DNA of 57,220 nt, the filler included, from Dugesia japonica (Eukaryota): the NCBI GenBank assembly GCA_001938525.1. It is 4 parts of 4 records of this genome, joined end to end, with 100 filler letters (N's around TTAATTAATTAA, not from the genome) between each part and the next. Parts side by side here need not be neighbours in the genome. Positions count along the whole stretch, not along the records: positions 14,563 to 28,137 come from MQRL01599488.1; positions 28,238 to 45,244 come from MQRL01637915.1; 2 more parts are not named here. One strand, written 5' to 3'. Positions 26,962 to 40,684 of the stretch are shown in pieces. The translations under genes were made by a program, and so were the position numbers. The stretch's first letter is position 1; each line of letters opens with the position of its first letter. The notes below the pieces were generated by a model. It saw only the letters and a list, made by a program, of their open reading frames with translations, was not told where the DNA came from and made no database searches.

Positions 26962-28137
26962 AAATGTTATCTTGTAAAAATAAAATAGACACTCTAGTCA
27001 TGGCAGAATAAATGTTAAATAACTCTAATTTCTCTTAAACATTTTACTGACGAAAAATATATTAGTAAAAAACATCTTTTTAAACATAGCCATGCTAAAA
27101 TTGTAATTAAAATTGACTAGAGCTATTTTATTTCTAGAATAAATATTTTCCAATTTATTTTTCATTTTATTACATAAACAATTTGAAAAGTTAATATTTC
27201 ATTTACCCATATATTATATCTTTCGTATTCTCTATTTTATTGTGAAAGATAACTACAATAATATTTACATCTTTGTTTTTACCAAACATTTTACCGTTTC
27301 CTTCTATATTTTTCAAAATTTGAAATTAAATTAGTTTAAATGCTGTTATTTCAAGCATGTGAAGTGTAATTAATGAGGGATGTGGTCAGAGTACACCCAA
27401 ATATCAATCCGTATATAAAAATTAATTCATTTGATTTATTCTCATATTATAGAATTTATTTTCGAAGTAGAATTATTTTTAAAAACAAAGAAATAAAAAT
27501 AAGTTTATTAACTTTATTTGAAATAATTTCTAACCATTATTGTATCGAGAAATTTTTACATTGCATTATTTTTTCTTTTTATATATACACTACATGAATT
27601 TAGTGTGTTGGAATTCGTTATTACGTTACGAATGTCAGTTATCAACTTTACACAACCTCATTTATCTACTTCAAATAACTTTGAGAGGCTATTCGTAGTA
27701 AATTATCACATAGTAGACAACCACATGAAATTCAATAAGGCGTTATATTAGAAATTTATATAAATAACAAGAAATATATGAAATCTGAAGAACAACTTTT
27801 ATTTATCAAAAAACATTTTTTAACAAAAATTCATAAAAAACCTGTCTAGAAATCAATATAAAAATCACGCCACTTATAATATAATAATAATAATAATTCA
27901 TAAAAAATTACAAAAATAAATTTGAAAATAAAAAGTTAAACGCAAAAGTTAATCAAAAAATATGATATAATAGAGTTTCAGTACCTATTGGCAAGTACAA
28001 GAAACAATATGTGAATTCAATTATAGTAATCTCAGCGATGAATATAAAGGGGAATCTTTTTTTACGAGGAGCAAATTCAAGGTTCAAATGTTCGTTAATC
28101 TGCATATTCTGAAGATTTCTTATTTTTACTACTTTTT

Positions 28138-28237
28138 NNNNNNNNNNNNNNNNNNNNNNNNNNNNNNNNNNNNNNNNNNNNTTAATTAATTAANNNNNNN
28201 NNNNNNNNNNNNNNNNNNNNNNNNNNNNNNNNNNNNN
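28138..28237. other. Assembly linker N44-TTAATTAATTAA-N44
   Basis: Exactly 100 nt. Confidence 0.95.
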
Positions 28238-29918
28238 AAAAAAAATTATACTATTCACTAGTCTTCAATCATCAATGTTCTGCTTACTGTGTTCTGCCCA
28301 CTAGATTTCAGTCATTCATACTCTGCTCAATGGACACTGATTTTTAGTTATCAATGATTTTCTCAGTCTGAAGGTTTTTACTCTTCACTATTGGTAAAAT
28401 CAGTCAAAAAAATTAGCATTTAATTATTTAACCTATTCTATATTTTTGTAATTTTGAAATGAAATTGGATTTCATGTATTTTTAATAAACTGTTCTATTT
28501 CTTATCGTAAAAATCTAATTAAAGTTTAATTTATAATATGAATTATTTTATTAAGATAGATTCATTGAAATTATTTCTAATCATTTATTGAAAATAATCA
28601 ATATAATTGATTGAGTAAATTAAGCATGAATTGATTAATTTTCAATGTGTAATTTGATTCAAACTATGGTTTTGTGGACAAATTGAATTATGTTTTGAAT
28701 AAATTTGTAATCGTGTTTTGAAAATAAATTAGATTTCATGTATGGTTAAATTAAAATTATAATAGCAAATTCTTCAAATCTCCTTTACAAAAACCTTTAA
28801 TGTATATACTAAAGACAAATCTGCAGAGATTTTCCCATGAAATAAAATTTTCCTGACACCATGTCGCCCTTTAGTATTTCTTGAACTAAAGAAAACTTGC
28901 TTTGAAATTTGAATTTCCAATTAGTCTAGTATTTAAAAATATCGCTTTTCAACAAAATTATGGTCAAAATTTTGACTGGTGCTAAACACAATTAATGGAA
29001 TAACCGTAATATTTTTCTCTAATATAAATAATCCAAAATTCATTTAAAATGTAGAAAAAATTTTTAATTAAAAAATTCTACATAATACAAATTAGAATAC
29101 TTAAAAATATTAAGCAAAGATTTAAAAAAGCAAATTTCAATTAATATTGAATAAAAATGATTACGTTAATTTTTCATTAAAAAATGTTGAACTTTCAGAA
29201 AATTTTCAATATTATCCGAGTTATTCAAAAAAAACCAAGATAAACGTCGAGTCGACTAGTTATAAAATCAAAAATTCAATAACATTAAGTAATCATATAA
29301 AGTCATAGTATGAGTAAATTGTTATTTAATTTAATCTTATTTGAAACAAATATGATTATTTACTGCAAAATTTAAAAAGAAATAAAATGCCGACATCAAC
29401 ATTTATTAAATCAAAATTCCAAATTAAAACATCCGAGTTCTTAAGTTCCTGTTTCCTAAAATGCAATTCTTTAAACCTGAATTTTTTCTTAATTTCAATA
29501 CTATTAAAAAAAATTCTAATATTTCGTTTACATAAAATTTGTATATTGAAATCATTGGTGTACCTAATTATAATAATAAATGAGAACATCAGAGAAAAAA
29601 ATTCCAATCCGCTATTGCTTATAATAAAAAAAACAATTTAAAACACACACACACATACACGCTCGCAGACAAGCAATATGAACGAATATATTGATTATTA
29701 AATTATTGTGTAGAAAACGGAACCGTAACCGCCAGTCAATAACAAAAAAGTCAAGTCAAAAGCAACTATTATTAAAATATATGATACATTAAACCAAAGT
29801 AGTAGTAACGATAGCTGAAAGAACTGCATCTTTACAATGCTTGTTATAATAATTTATCTGGAAAATATCGAAATAACATTATGAAAGAATCGGTTTTGCA
29901 CTTTTCTTCTTTTCGTTT

Positions 29919-31364
29919 CTAAAATTTAGATTTCATTTTTATTTTTTTCTGTGTAGCTCTTTCAAGCTCTTTGAGTTCCAGCATGTCTTCTTCACGCCCG
30001 ATTCTCGAACTACGGATTTCCTCTTTACAAATATCATCGAAACGCGACACCATATTCGTGCAATCATCGTATTTGCTGACTTTAGCGTACTTTTTCGGAT
30101 CGAAATTGAGAGATTTATAGATTTCATTCTTTATTTTGTCATCAACAACGAATTCTGTGTCATCGATAAAATCATCCAATTCAGAATCGTACTCGTCGTA
30201 ATCACTGTCGGATTTGTAACTGTCACCCATGGGTAATCTGTTGCCGGATTGTGCGAGAATTCCACGTGCGGTATTGCTATTATTTTGTGCTGCAATTCCT
30301 CGAGCTGGAGGGACAGATGAAAATCTTTTCTCATTTTGATAATTCCTATTTGGATTACCCGCGTTTTGTGCAGCTATCCCCCTAGCTGGTGCTCCAGAAG
30401 AATGAGCATTTCGTTGGGGCATTTTATTGATTGAATTAATTCCATTTTGTGCGGTAATACCTCTATTATTACCTGATGAAGATGTGGGATTTAATCGACT
30501 TTTATGTTGAGAAATACTCTTAGAATTATTATTATTATTATTCTGAGACTGATTTCTTATTGCACAATTCGATTTATTTTCATTCTGTTTATTAGACACA
30601 GATGTATTTTTCGACGAAATTTTTGAACTCGATTCTTGCAAAACTTTGTTTACTGATTTAGATGAATTTTGTATGGAAGAACAACTTTTCGATTTATTAT
30701 TTATTTTATCTTTACTGTTTGAGTGATTTGAAATTGAACTGGTATTTCTAGAGGAAGACTGTGCTAATATTCCAGATTGTGAAGGCTTTAAAATCTGAGA
30801 ATTTGTACTAATATTCTTGGCAGGCGGATAATTTGACGAGTTCTGAGTATTATTTTGCTTACTATTTATTTTAGCTGCAGTTATAGGGTTATGATTTTGT
30901 TTTGCTAAAGAATTAATTGGCATAAGAGATTTTGGCTTAGATTTTTCCGACTGAACTTTTGATTCATTTAATTTAATTTTTTTATTTGAAATTCCTGATT
31001 GATTTGTGTCAATATTGTTAGATAACTTTCGTTTTATCGGCATTGGTGGGAGCGAAGATTCGTTTGATTTGATTTTTTTAGTTGGCGGTATTTCAGAAAC
31101 GTTATTATTATGTTTAGCTCGATTTTCTGCTTCTTTCATAATCTCTGCAAAACTTTTAGATTCTACTCTGATTTTTTTAACCGGTGGAGTTTTTTCTTTA
31201 ACTTTTTCCGTAAATACAACCGGTGGAGGAGCAGCTTTGATCTTTTTTTGTTCTACTTCTCTAAACTTTCTTCGTTTTTGTTCTTCCATGTCACGCAAAA
31301 TTTTTTCTTTCTGTTTCTGAAGATCCGACAAAACATCACCTTTTCCTGAACCTGGAACATTACG
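29919..31364 (-). CDS. SPT2: SPT2 homolog (histone H3/H4 chaperone), exon 2
   Basis: Long open frame. The C-terminal EYDSELDDFIDD...FDPKKY...M.SRFDDICKEEIRSSRIGREED is the SPT2 domain; charged N-terminus and S/N/K-rich disordered middle. Acceptor catag| at 31365. Confidence 0.9.
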   Translation of the reverse strand, partial: RNVPGSGKGDVLSDLQKQKEKILRDMEEQKRRKFREVEQKKIKAAPPPVVFTEKVKEKTPPVKKIRVESKSFAEIMKEAENRAKHNNNVSEIPPTKKIKSNESSLPPMPIKRKLSNNIDTNQSGISNKKIKLNESKVQSEKSKPKSLMPINSLAKQNHNPITAAKINSKQNNTQNSSNYPPAKNISTNSQILKPSQSGILAQSSSRNTSSISNHSNSKDKINNKSKSCSSIQNSSKSVNKVLQESSSKISSKNTSVSNKQNENKSNCAIRNQSQNNNNNNSKSISQHKSRLNPTSSSGNNRGITAQNGINSINKMPQRNAHSSGAPARGIAAQNAGNPNRNYQNEKRFSSVPPARGIAAQNNSNTARGILAQSGNRLPMGDSYKSDSDYDEYDSELDDFIDDTEFVVDDKIKNEIYKSLNFDPKKYAKVSKYDDCTNMVSRFDDICKEEIRSSRIGREEDMLELKELERATQKKIKMKSKF

Positions 31365-31409
31365 CTATGATTATTGAAATGGCATTTTATTTTAATATTA
31401 AAAACGTAC

Positions 31410-31430
31410 CTTAAAATTAGAATTATTCAT
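31410..31430 (-). CDS. SPT2: SPT2 exon 1 (MNNSNFK)
   Basis: ATG AAT AAT TCT AAT TTT AAG|gtacgt; a 45-nt intron (31365-31409) joins it in frame to exon 2, giving about 488 aa. Confidence 0.7.
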
Positions 31431-34019
31431 TTACTTCACAGTGTAAAATTCCAATTAAATAAACTGAAATATACGAATCATGTTAAAATTTAAACAAATA
31501 TTGTTTTAAAAAAGTTCTATTTAATATTATTTAATCATTTTAATTTACATTTACTAAAATATTTTAAATAAATCTAACAAAATTTAACCTAAAATTTAAA
31601 AATTCACTTTTAAAAATAAAGAAATTAACATAATTGTATTATATTTATAACTTTGAATATATTTATGTTTGCATTACATGGATGTTATACATAATAATAA
31701 TTAGACCATATTCAAAAAAGACTAAACTACATTATTTGGAGTAATCTTACTATACTACATTATTNGGAGTAATCTCACTATTTTTACAATGTTTTTTAAT
31801 TAAAAATATTTTAAAATTAAATATGATTAGAAAACATTTATTTTATTGCAAATGCAAACTGTGATTATTTCAGAAAAAAATTATTAGTGAAAAATTTTGT
31901 ATTTATAACAATATCAAGTATTATATCAAGTACAATATTAACGTATCAATTGAAAAATACATTACATATTTTTTTTAATCTAAATTGATAGCATCATTAA
32001 AAATTGTAAAAATTCATCAATTTTTTGGAATTAGTTTTTATCAATTCGACTTTTTCAATGAAATTTTAAATTAAATATTTTATTTTCTTATAAAAAATTT
32101 CAAATTATCAAAAAAATGAATATTTTGATTAAATAAAAAATTTCTGACTTATTTAGCCCTTTCGCTGCTCCAACCGTATATACCCGTTCCGAGCATGTTA
32201 ACGTTTGGTACCAGTTATTTACGACCACATTAAATGCGAAGGAAGTGATATTGCTCTTTTAGTGAAGTAAAATTGGAATTTTGTGGACAACAAGCACGAA
32301 GTCTCAAAACGTATTGCACAATGAATTGGTAGTTACTTAAATAAAGTATTAAAAATTATGATTATTATTTAACAATATGATATAGGGCTTATAATGATAT
32401 AAATCAAGAATATGAAAGATAATATGTTAAACCAGTGATTAAATTGCCATAAAATCGTTTNTAATAAAGTTGTTAATGATCCGTTTAAAGTACTTTTACT
32501 TGTTCAATTATGATAAACCAGAATACAACAGTTGACAATTTATTTTCAAAATTATCAACCAAATGTCTCTGCGATACTTCAAATTTTCTTGGTAGATGTT
32601 TTACAATTTAGTAAATCTTGCTTATTAGCACTTTGATAAGTACAGCACAATAGATTATTAGTGTATAAAAATATTTTTTTTCAATAAATATTTTATTAAA
32701 TTTCTAAAAAATTAATTCTTAAATTTGTATTAAATCAAAACTTGGTATATATTGTTAGATTTCTTGTGGGCTAAAGGTTTTTCTGACAAGAATTATTTTG
32801 ACTATAATAATAGGCGTGTGGGTAATTTATTCAATAAAACTTTTATAAAATATGAACAATATCAACACATTTTATAAGCAAAGTTAAAATAACTATTTAA
32901 AAAATCTGAATTAGAATTGAGGTCGCACTCAAACTAACACGCTTTTATTTAATTTTATAAGACACGCAGTAATACTTACTACACTCACAGGTTAATTCAG
33001 GTGGTGGTAGTACCTAATTTTTGCAACACAACATTTTAATTTTCAAAACACTAGAAATGAAATATCTGGGATCGCTAATTTTATATTGATTTTATGACAG
33101 TTGGATGTGAGCAGAGTATGAGCAGTATCATCGAGTTAATTTTTGAATTTTTAAAAATATTTTAGAGAAATACACTGATTGCAACCTAATAAAACTGCCA
33201 TCAGAACTTTCAAATTGATTATTAATTCAATAATTTTTACAAAGAATAATATCAACAAGCAAAGGTTTGTAAAATCTGGAGTTTAAAATACTGAAATTAA
33301 AGTAATGAAAACTGTATTAATCAATTTAACTAGTATCCAACAATGAATTTTATCTTTTGTTCATTATATATTTTTATGTGGTTCGACATTTACTTATTTA
33401 CCACTTTGAACAAATCCGTAGTGAAACTGTATTTTAGATGAACCCACATTAATAGTAATGTATCGTTGCTAGATTTGGTATCAAAAGTTTTATAATTATA
33501 AAAAATTAAAGTTTAATGATTTATAACATTAATTTAGCAAAATTTTATTTATCTGAATTATCCAAGTTAAATATATCGTCAGGAAATATATCGGCAGCTG
33601 ATCAAGAATCATCAATTGGAATAAGAGGCTAAAATTATTATTATTACTATTTTCAGAAATTTCCTAATTACCTCAAAATCAAAAAAATATTAAAATTAAA
33701 ACAAATTTCATAAAACTTAATTATATATGTTATCATCAGAATATTACAAAAAATATTTGATTGTTTAAATGTATTGATTGAAAAAAAACGAACATGTAAA
33801 TAAAGCATAAGTGTGTGGGTGTTGAGGTGCCGAGTTTTTATAAGTTAATTGTTAGGAATAAGTCTATATAGAGAATCTTTAGGTTGCGTTTTATTAAGCT
33901 TTTGAGATAGTTTTCTTTATTTATTCGAAAAACAATTCAATAGTTGTGTGAGTTTATATAGGTAGTTTAATTAGACAAAATGTGATTATATGCATCGCGA
34001 TAATGCTTTGACCGAAAAT

Positions 34020-36540
34020 AAACAAAAACCTGAGATAATGGTAAATATTAATTTTCCTTCCATAGATAACTTTCATCGGAGAGAATCCTGTGGCCCTTGA
34101 TATCGTGCAATTAAATGAAAACTCAACTTTTGGAAGGATTTTATCCTAACACTTCTCCTCTCCTCCAAGTTTCAAGGATGTTACTATCATATCTGTGACA
34201 GTTCTAATTATGCGTTCTGCGAAACCATTTGACTAAAAAGTCATGGGTGTAAATATCCACGAAATATGAAATCTTGAAGCAAACTCTTGTAAAACCTTTC
34301 CATCAAACACTCTACCTCGATCAGAAACAATGTGTTTAGGTTTTCCATATTTGTAAATCCAGTTATTTAACAATGCACTTTTGATCGTGTTTTCGTTTTG
34401 ATTTGTGGTTGAATAAAGACTAACTAACTTGCTCAACTGATCAATTATGACTATCATGTATTTTTTGTTGGATTTACTGTTATTCATATATGCCTATATA
34501 TCACGATTTGTTCCATCGGTTTAGCTGCGTATCTAGGTATAAATGTTTTCTTAACTTTATCACTACTACCCTTCCTGTGCATACAAAAATGACATTCTCT
34601 GATGGCATTCTGAATATCCGTAATCATATTCGGCCAGAAAAAATAATCAGATACATATTTTTTGTTTTCTTTATTCCAACATTTCATAAATCTCTATGAA
34701 TTTTGTTCCCAAAATTAGTTACGCATCTTTTTGGAACCACTATCTTTTTCTCATCATCTGACGCAATTGACAGCATATCGTCTTCAATTAAAAACCTATC
34801 TAAATATTTAAAATACTGGGAGGTTTTTACTGTTTCTGATAATTTAACAGATTTGTACATCAAATGAATTTCGATTTTCTTAAATAACTCGTCTTCTTTA
34901 AATTCCTTTATGTAATTGTACGAATCACTTCTGAAAACATTCATAACATTTAAAAATTTTACCTTAGACGATTTAGACTTGNTATTTTCATGTTCAGTTT
35001 GGCATTGTGAACAATAACTAGACATCAATCTTTACATACCATCAGCATTGGAATGATATTTCTCTTTTCTATACTTCAATACGAAATCATATTTTGATAA
35101 CTCGTTTATCCAAGTCTAAAACTGCGGCGTAATCGGTTTCTTTATAAACTTCAAAGCTTTGTAATCTGTTCTTGCGACAAAACTTTTTCCATTATAGATC
35201 ATGCTGAAAATGTCGAATAAATTCATAAAGAGCCAATAACCCCTTCCTGGTCGCACAATATCTTTTTTCATGTGCGTTCAACAACTTTGACGACTTCTAT
35301 ACCGTTTTTGGATTGGCTCAGTACAGCACAATTTCCCGAAAAACTGGCATTAGTATCTAGAATAAATTGACCTTCTGAATTAGGATACCCCATTACTGGA
35401 TAATTACAAAGAGCTTCCTTGATTTTCCTGAAACTCGTTGTCCAGATTATCTCGTGCTTTTGACCTTCGGTATTAGCATATAAAGGTGTAGCAAGTTGCG
35501 AAAAATTCTTTATAAATTTCCTGTAATAGTTCGCCATTCCAAGAAAAAATTGCAATTGTTTAGTACATTTTGCAATTCCAGTATTAAAATTGATACAATT
35601 CACAATTCCAGATACAGTTTACATTTGGCTGGATTAACTTTAAGACCTGATGCTTGAATTCTTTGAAATACTTCTGATAGAATGCAATCCGATTTTTCTC
35701 AAAGATTAAAATATCATTGATATAAACTACAACGCCTTTAAATAGAATACCTGACAAAATTGTATGGATTAATTTTTGAAACGTAGCCGGAGCAGNNNNN
35801 NNNNNNNNNNNNNNNNNNNNNNNNNNNNNNNNNNNNNNNNNNNNNNNNNNNNNNNNNNNNNNNNNNNNNNNNNNNNNNNNNNNNNNNNNNNNNNNNNNNN
35901 NNNNNNNNNNNNNNNNNNNNNNNNNNNTACACTCACTAAGATTATCGAATAAAATTTGAGAATCTGGCATAGGCAATGAAAATTTATCAGTTGCATCATT
36001 TATTAATCTGAAATCCTGACACATATGAATAGCTCCATTCTTTTTGTTAACAATCACCATAGGTGAATTCCACGGGCTACTACATTCTTTTATAATGCCG
36101 CTTTTGATAAGTGTTTCAATCAACTCATCAATCTTGCTTTCTAGATGCCTCGGTTGTCGTCTTGACTGTTGTAAGACATGATTCCCCGTTGTTTGGATTG
36201 GATGTTTAACTAGGTTTGTTTTACCCAGGTCAAACGTATGCATTATAAATACCGAGGCGAAACGCGTTAACAATTTTTTCAAGGTATCATCTCTTGGTTT
36301 GAAAACATCCATAGTGACTTTTAAACGATGCTCATCAGAAGCATCACACATTACATTATCTGACTCGATTAATCCAATCATCTTTAACTGATTATTAAAA
36401 ACGTTGAACATGTCTATTCCACCAATAAACTCTAGGCATATACTCTGTACTACCACCAAGTTGACAGTTTTGTTCATATTATGGTATTAAAGTTTCATTT
36501 TTCCGACGCCTAAAAATTTAACAGCTTCCTTCGAAAATGC
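34020..36540 (-). mobile_element. Ty3/gypsy retrotransposon A, degenerate pol (end of PR, RT, RNase H, IN)
   Basis: SSPWNSPMVIVNKKNG..MCQDFRLIN, APATFQ, VVVYINDILIF, FLGMANYYRKFI, FILDTNAS, FFWPNM...CHFC, IVSDRGRVF, SNGFAER; RT-RH-IN order. Confidence 0.92.
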
Positions 36541-36639
36541 TCCACTAAATTTCTTCTATGAATTTTCCAATGGAAACGAACCACATCTTTTCCAAGNATT
36601 CATATCCATTACTGAAATNAATGCACCTGTATTTCATAA

Positions 36640-39600
36640 TAGTAGGGGATAGTAGCGATAAAATCTTTGCAAACAAACTAGATAAAACAGAGATGACAAA
36701 AGAATTAATATTCAATAGTTGCCCCGATAAAAGAATGCAAATAAAGATTAAAGGAGGCAAACTAGCTAACTCGGAAGAGATACTTGAAACAATAAAAGTA
36801 AATGATGAACTAAAAGAGGACCTGAAAGAAACAGATAATATAAATACGGTGGAGAGTTACAGCAATGCAGAAAAATGAGGCATGACAAAAGAACGCTTCT
36901 CAAGAGTTAACGGAACTCAAAGGTAAGATAAAAAAAGAAATTACATGTTGGTCATGTCAGAAGATAGGTCATATCAGCAAAAATTGTCCGGAAAAGAAAA
37001 CAATGTGTTACGCATGCGGATCAGAGAATCATATAAGAAGGAATTGTGACAAAATTAGATGTGCAAGATGTGGAAAAAATGGACATCGTACAGAACAATG
37101 TTATACTNNNNNNNNNNNNNNNNNNNNNNNNNNNNNNNNNNNNNNNNNNNNNNNNNNNNAATAAAGAAACGAAGCAGCACAATACAACCGAATAGAGGAA
37201 ACAAACAGAAGATATGACGATAATAACAGATTCCCAACGCAAATAGGGAGGACATGAGCCAATAACGGATTCAGGAAAAGAGACGGCAATAGATATGTAA
37301 ACACAATTGTAGAGAAGGATAAGGAGGACATAAATAAAGACGATAATATTTATTATTACGACGAGGAGACAAAGAAGTATAGAGAAGAGACCCCAAACAG
37401 ACAAGCTCCATCAAAAGTCGAGGTGATTGGAGCAATGAACTGAAAAAGATCGTGATATACATATGTATAGTAAAAGTAGTTTAATTAATAGTATAAAAGA
37501 TGAAACTAAAGAGGAAAGAGTCGACAGAAAGGTTTATGCGTTTTTAAAGAAAGATTTCAAAGATATGTATAATGCCGATTTCAATATAATGAAAGAAACG
37601 AGAAATGGTGATAACAAAATAATGGTATTAAAAGAGAATAAACAAGTAAACATAAATTATGATAGAATGCAAGGTAGGCCCAGTGTAGAAATTAGAATTC
37701 AAGGAAAGTATATGGACTGCCTTTTTGATACAGGTGCAAAGATAAACGTGATGCGCCTCAATATTTTTAGAAGTCTGCCAAATGTGGAGCTGATAGGAAC
37801 TGGTGACGTGTTAAAATNTGCAAATAATAGCAGAATGAACATTGCGGGTAAGACATATGTAGAAGTGGAGATCGGAAACAATAATAAAACAGTAAAATTC
37901 ACCGTAGTGGAAGAAATAAGTCCGAATCTAGTCGGAGGAACAGACATGCAAGCCAGTTTGGATACCGATTAACGAAAGAAACAAATGATTATGAGGATGA
38001 ACAGTGGATCTGCAACATAGATGCAAGGTTTGGCCGTAAAATTNAGGATGCTGAAAGAGAACAGAGAGATTTGAAAATTTTGATGACAAAACGAGACAAA
38101 AAACTGGAAAAGGTAATAGTAAAACATCGAGGAGTATTCATGACAGAAAACTGGGATGTCGGATGCACAACGTTGGCGAAACACAAGATAGTGACAAAGG
38201 GTAACCCAATAAATACGAAGCCTTGGAGACAACCCATGAATCTCGAAGAAAAAATNNNNNNNNNNNNNNNNNNNNNNNNNNNNNNNNNNNNNNNNNNNNN
38301 NNNNNAATTTAGCGGACGCTAATATTATAAGAAAATGTAATTCGAAGTGGAACACACCACTGATATGCGTCTGGAAGAAAGAAAGAAATGATGTGAGACT
38401 TTTCAGAAAACTAAATACAGTTACGGAACGACAGGCTTTCCCTATGCCAAACGTAGAAGAAATGTTAGACAATTTGTATGGAGCCAAATACTTCAGTACC
38501 ATAGACTTGGGAAACGCGTATCACCAGGTACCATTAGGAAAAGAGTCAGAAGAGAAAANNNNNNNNNNNNNNNNNNNNNNNNNNNNNNNNNNNNNNNNNN
38601 NNNNNNNNNNNNNNNNNNNNNNNNNNNNNNNNNNNNNNNNNNNNNNNNNNNNNNNNNNNNNNNNNNNNNNNNNNNNNNNNNNNNNNNNNNNNNNNNNNNN
38701 NNNNNNNNNNNNNNNNNNNNNNNNACATTATATAACTCTGGGTCAGGTATTAGAGCGGATCCAAACGGTAGGGTTGCGAATGAATCCAGAAAATGCCACT
38801 TATTACGCAAAGAAGTGAAATTTCTTGGCCACATAATAAATAAAAAAGGAATTCGAACAGATCCAATGAAAATCGAAGCTATCAAAAATTTTGAGAAATC
38901 ACAATGAGTAAAGAACCTGAGAAGCTTCCTCGGAATATGTAATTATTACAGAAGATTCATCAAGAATTATTCAAAGAAATCAAGAGCCCTAGAAGAATTA
39001 TGTGGAAGTAACAGCATGAAGCTAATATGGTCAGATGGATGTGAGAAAGCTTTCGTAGAAATGAAAAAAGCACTGATAGAAGCACCTATTTTAGGATTTC
39101 CTGATAAAAAGAAGACATTTATTTTAGATACTGACGCTTGCTTCGACGCNNNNNNNNNNNNNNNNNNNNNNNNNNNNNNNNNNNNNNNNNNNNNNNNNNN
39201 NNNNNNNNNNNNNNNNNNNNNNNNNNNNNNNNAGAATGGTTACTGTATCACACGGAAGGAATTACTAGCAATCTACTACTTCTGCAACCACTTTAAGCAT
39301 TATTTATATGGAAGAAAATTCATAACGAGAACAGATCACAAAGCCATCGTATTCATGAAAAAACGAACAAACCGATAACACGTCAATTCCAGGCATGGAT
39401 GAATTACCTTAGCAGCTTAGACATGGAACTAATATATAGACAAGGCGAAAAACACACAAANNNNNNNNNNNNNNNNNNNNNNNNNNNNNNNNNNNNNNNN
39501 NNNNNNNNNNNNNNNNNNNAAGATCCAAAGATGGGGAAGATGAAAACAAGACAGATAAATCAGATGATAAAGATAGAGAGATGTAAATGGCAAGAAGAAA

Positions 39601-40684
39601 TAGAGAAAATCAAACTAATCAAACGAGATATTCGAGAAGGAAAGAACTCAAAGTATAGAGTAAAAAGTAAAATAGTGAAAACAAGTGATGGGAAAATTTG
39701 GATTCCAAAAGAGAAAATATTATCAATAATCAAAGAGATACATACATGGTTAATACATGCAGGGACAGAGAAAATGATCAGCTATATAATCAGCAACTAC
39801 AACATGGAATAACTGAAGAAAACAATCACAGAAGTGATAAGACAGTGTAAAGCGTGCCAAAAGAACAAAGTTAATACGGTGACAACAAAAGAGACAACAT
39901 TGAAATTAAGCGCAAATTGTCCATTTGAAAAGATATATGTGGACACATGTGTGCTTTTTTGAGAAACTGTGAACAGCCAAATATAAATATAAATATATAT
40001 AAAAAANNNATATAAATATATATAAAAAAATAATAGACCAATACAGTCGATACCTAAGCCTAACGGCAATCAGCAAGCAGGATGACGAGACAATTAAAAA
40101 AGTGATAATTGAAAAATGGAACCTGAAATTTGGAGCACCAAGAGAAGTTCACTTAGACAGCGGTAAGACATTTGAATCGAAAAACTTCAAGAATCTGAAG
40201 GAATCGATGAATATAGAAATACACTTTTCAAGTCTGTACGATCGCAATACAAACATAATTATAGAGAGATAATTCCGCATAATTAGAGACTGTATTAACG
40301 CAGTTGCAGATGAAGATAGAAGAAACGATTGGAGTAACAGGATACTGGAAATTGAATACATGATGAATGCGACAAGGCAAAAGACATTGGGGATATCTCC
40401 AGCAGAATTAGTATTTGATATGAGAATTCACAGAGAATTATGGTTTGACAGCCAAAAAGATGACAAAGAGTTAATGTAAGAAACACCTACAAAAAGATCA
40501 TTTCAAGTGGGAGACGAAGTATTAATTAAACTAGAAACTAGAACAAAAGACAATGAAAGATACGTTGATCCATACAAGATCACAGATAAGGTACATGTGA
40601 GAAGATATCGTATACGAAATACAAAGTGAAAAGTGATAGAAAGGAACGTAGAAAAGCTTCAAAAATTCTTTTAATCGAGGGGGA
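36640..40684 (+). mobile_element. Ty3/gypsy retrotransposon B (gag with three CCHC knuckles, PR, RT, RH, IN, PPT), degenerate
   Basis: CWSCQKIGHISKNC, CYACGSENHIRRNC, CARCGKNGHRTEQC; LFDTGA; YFSTIDLGNAYHQV; FILDTDA; RTDHKA; H..LIH...CKAC; VHLDSGKTF; PPT GAGGGGGA at 40677-40684. Confidence 0.95.

Noticed and set aside
29356-29641. ORFs downstream of SPT2
   Set aside because: AT-rich, I/F/K-biased chance ORFs in the 3' flank.
31006-31349. Plus-strand ORFs overlapping SPT2
   Set aside because: Antisense shadows of a K/E-rich coding region.
32150-32780. piggyBac-like ends (CCCTTT…AAAGG)
   Set aside because: No clean TIR pair or TTAA target duplication; no recognisable transposase.
33477-33490. 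TTGGTATCAAAAG as a primer-binding site
   Set aside because: No adjacent LTR end (CA) or following gag is recognisable.
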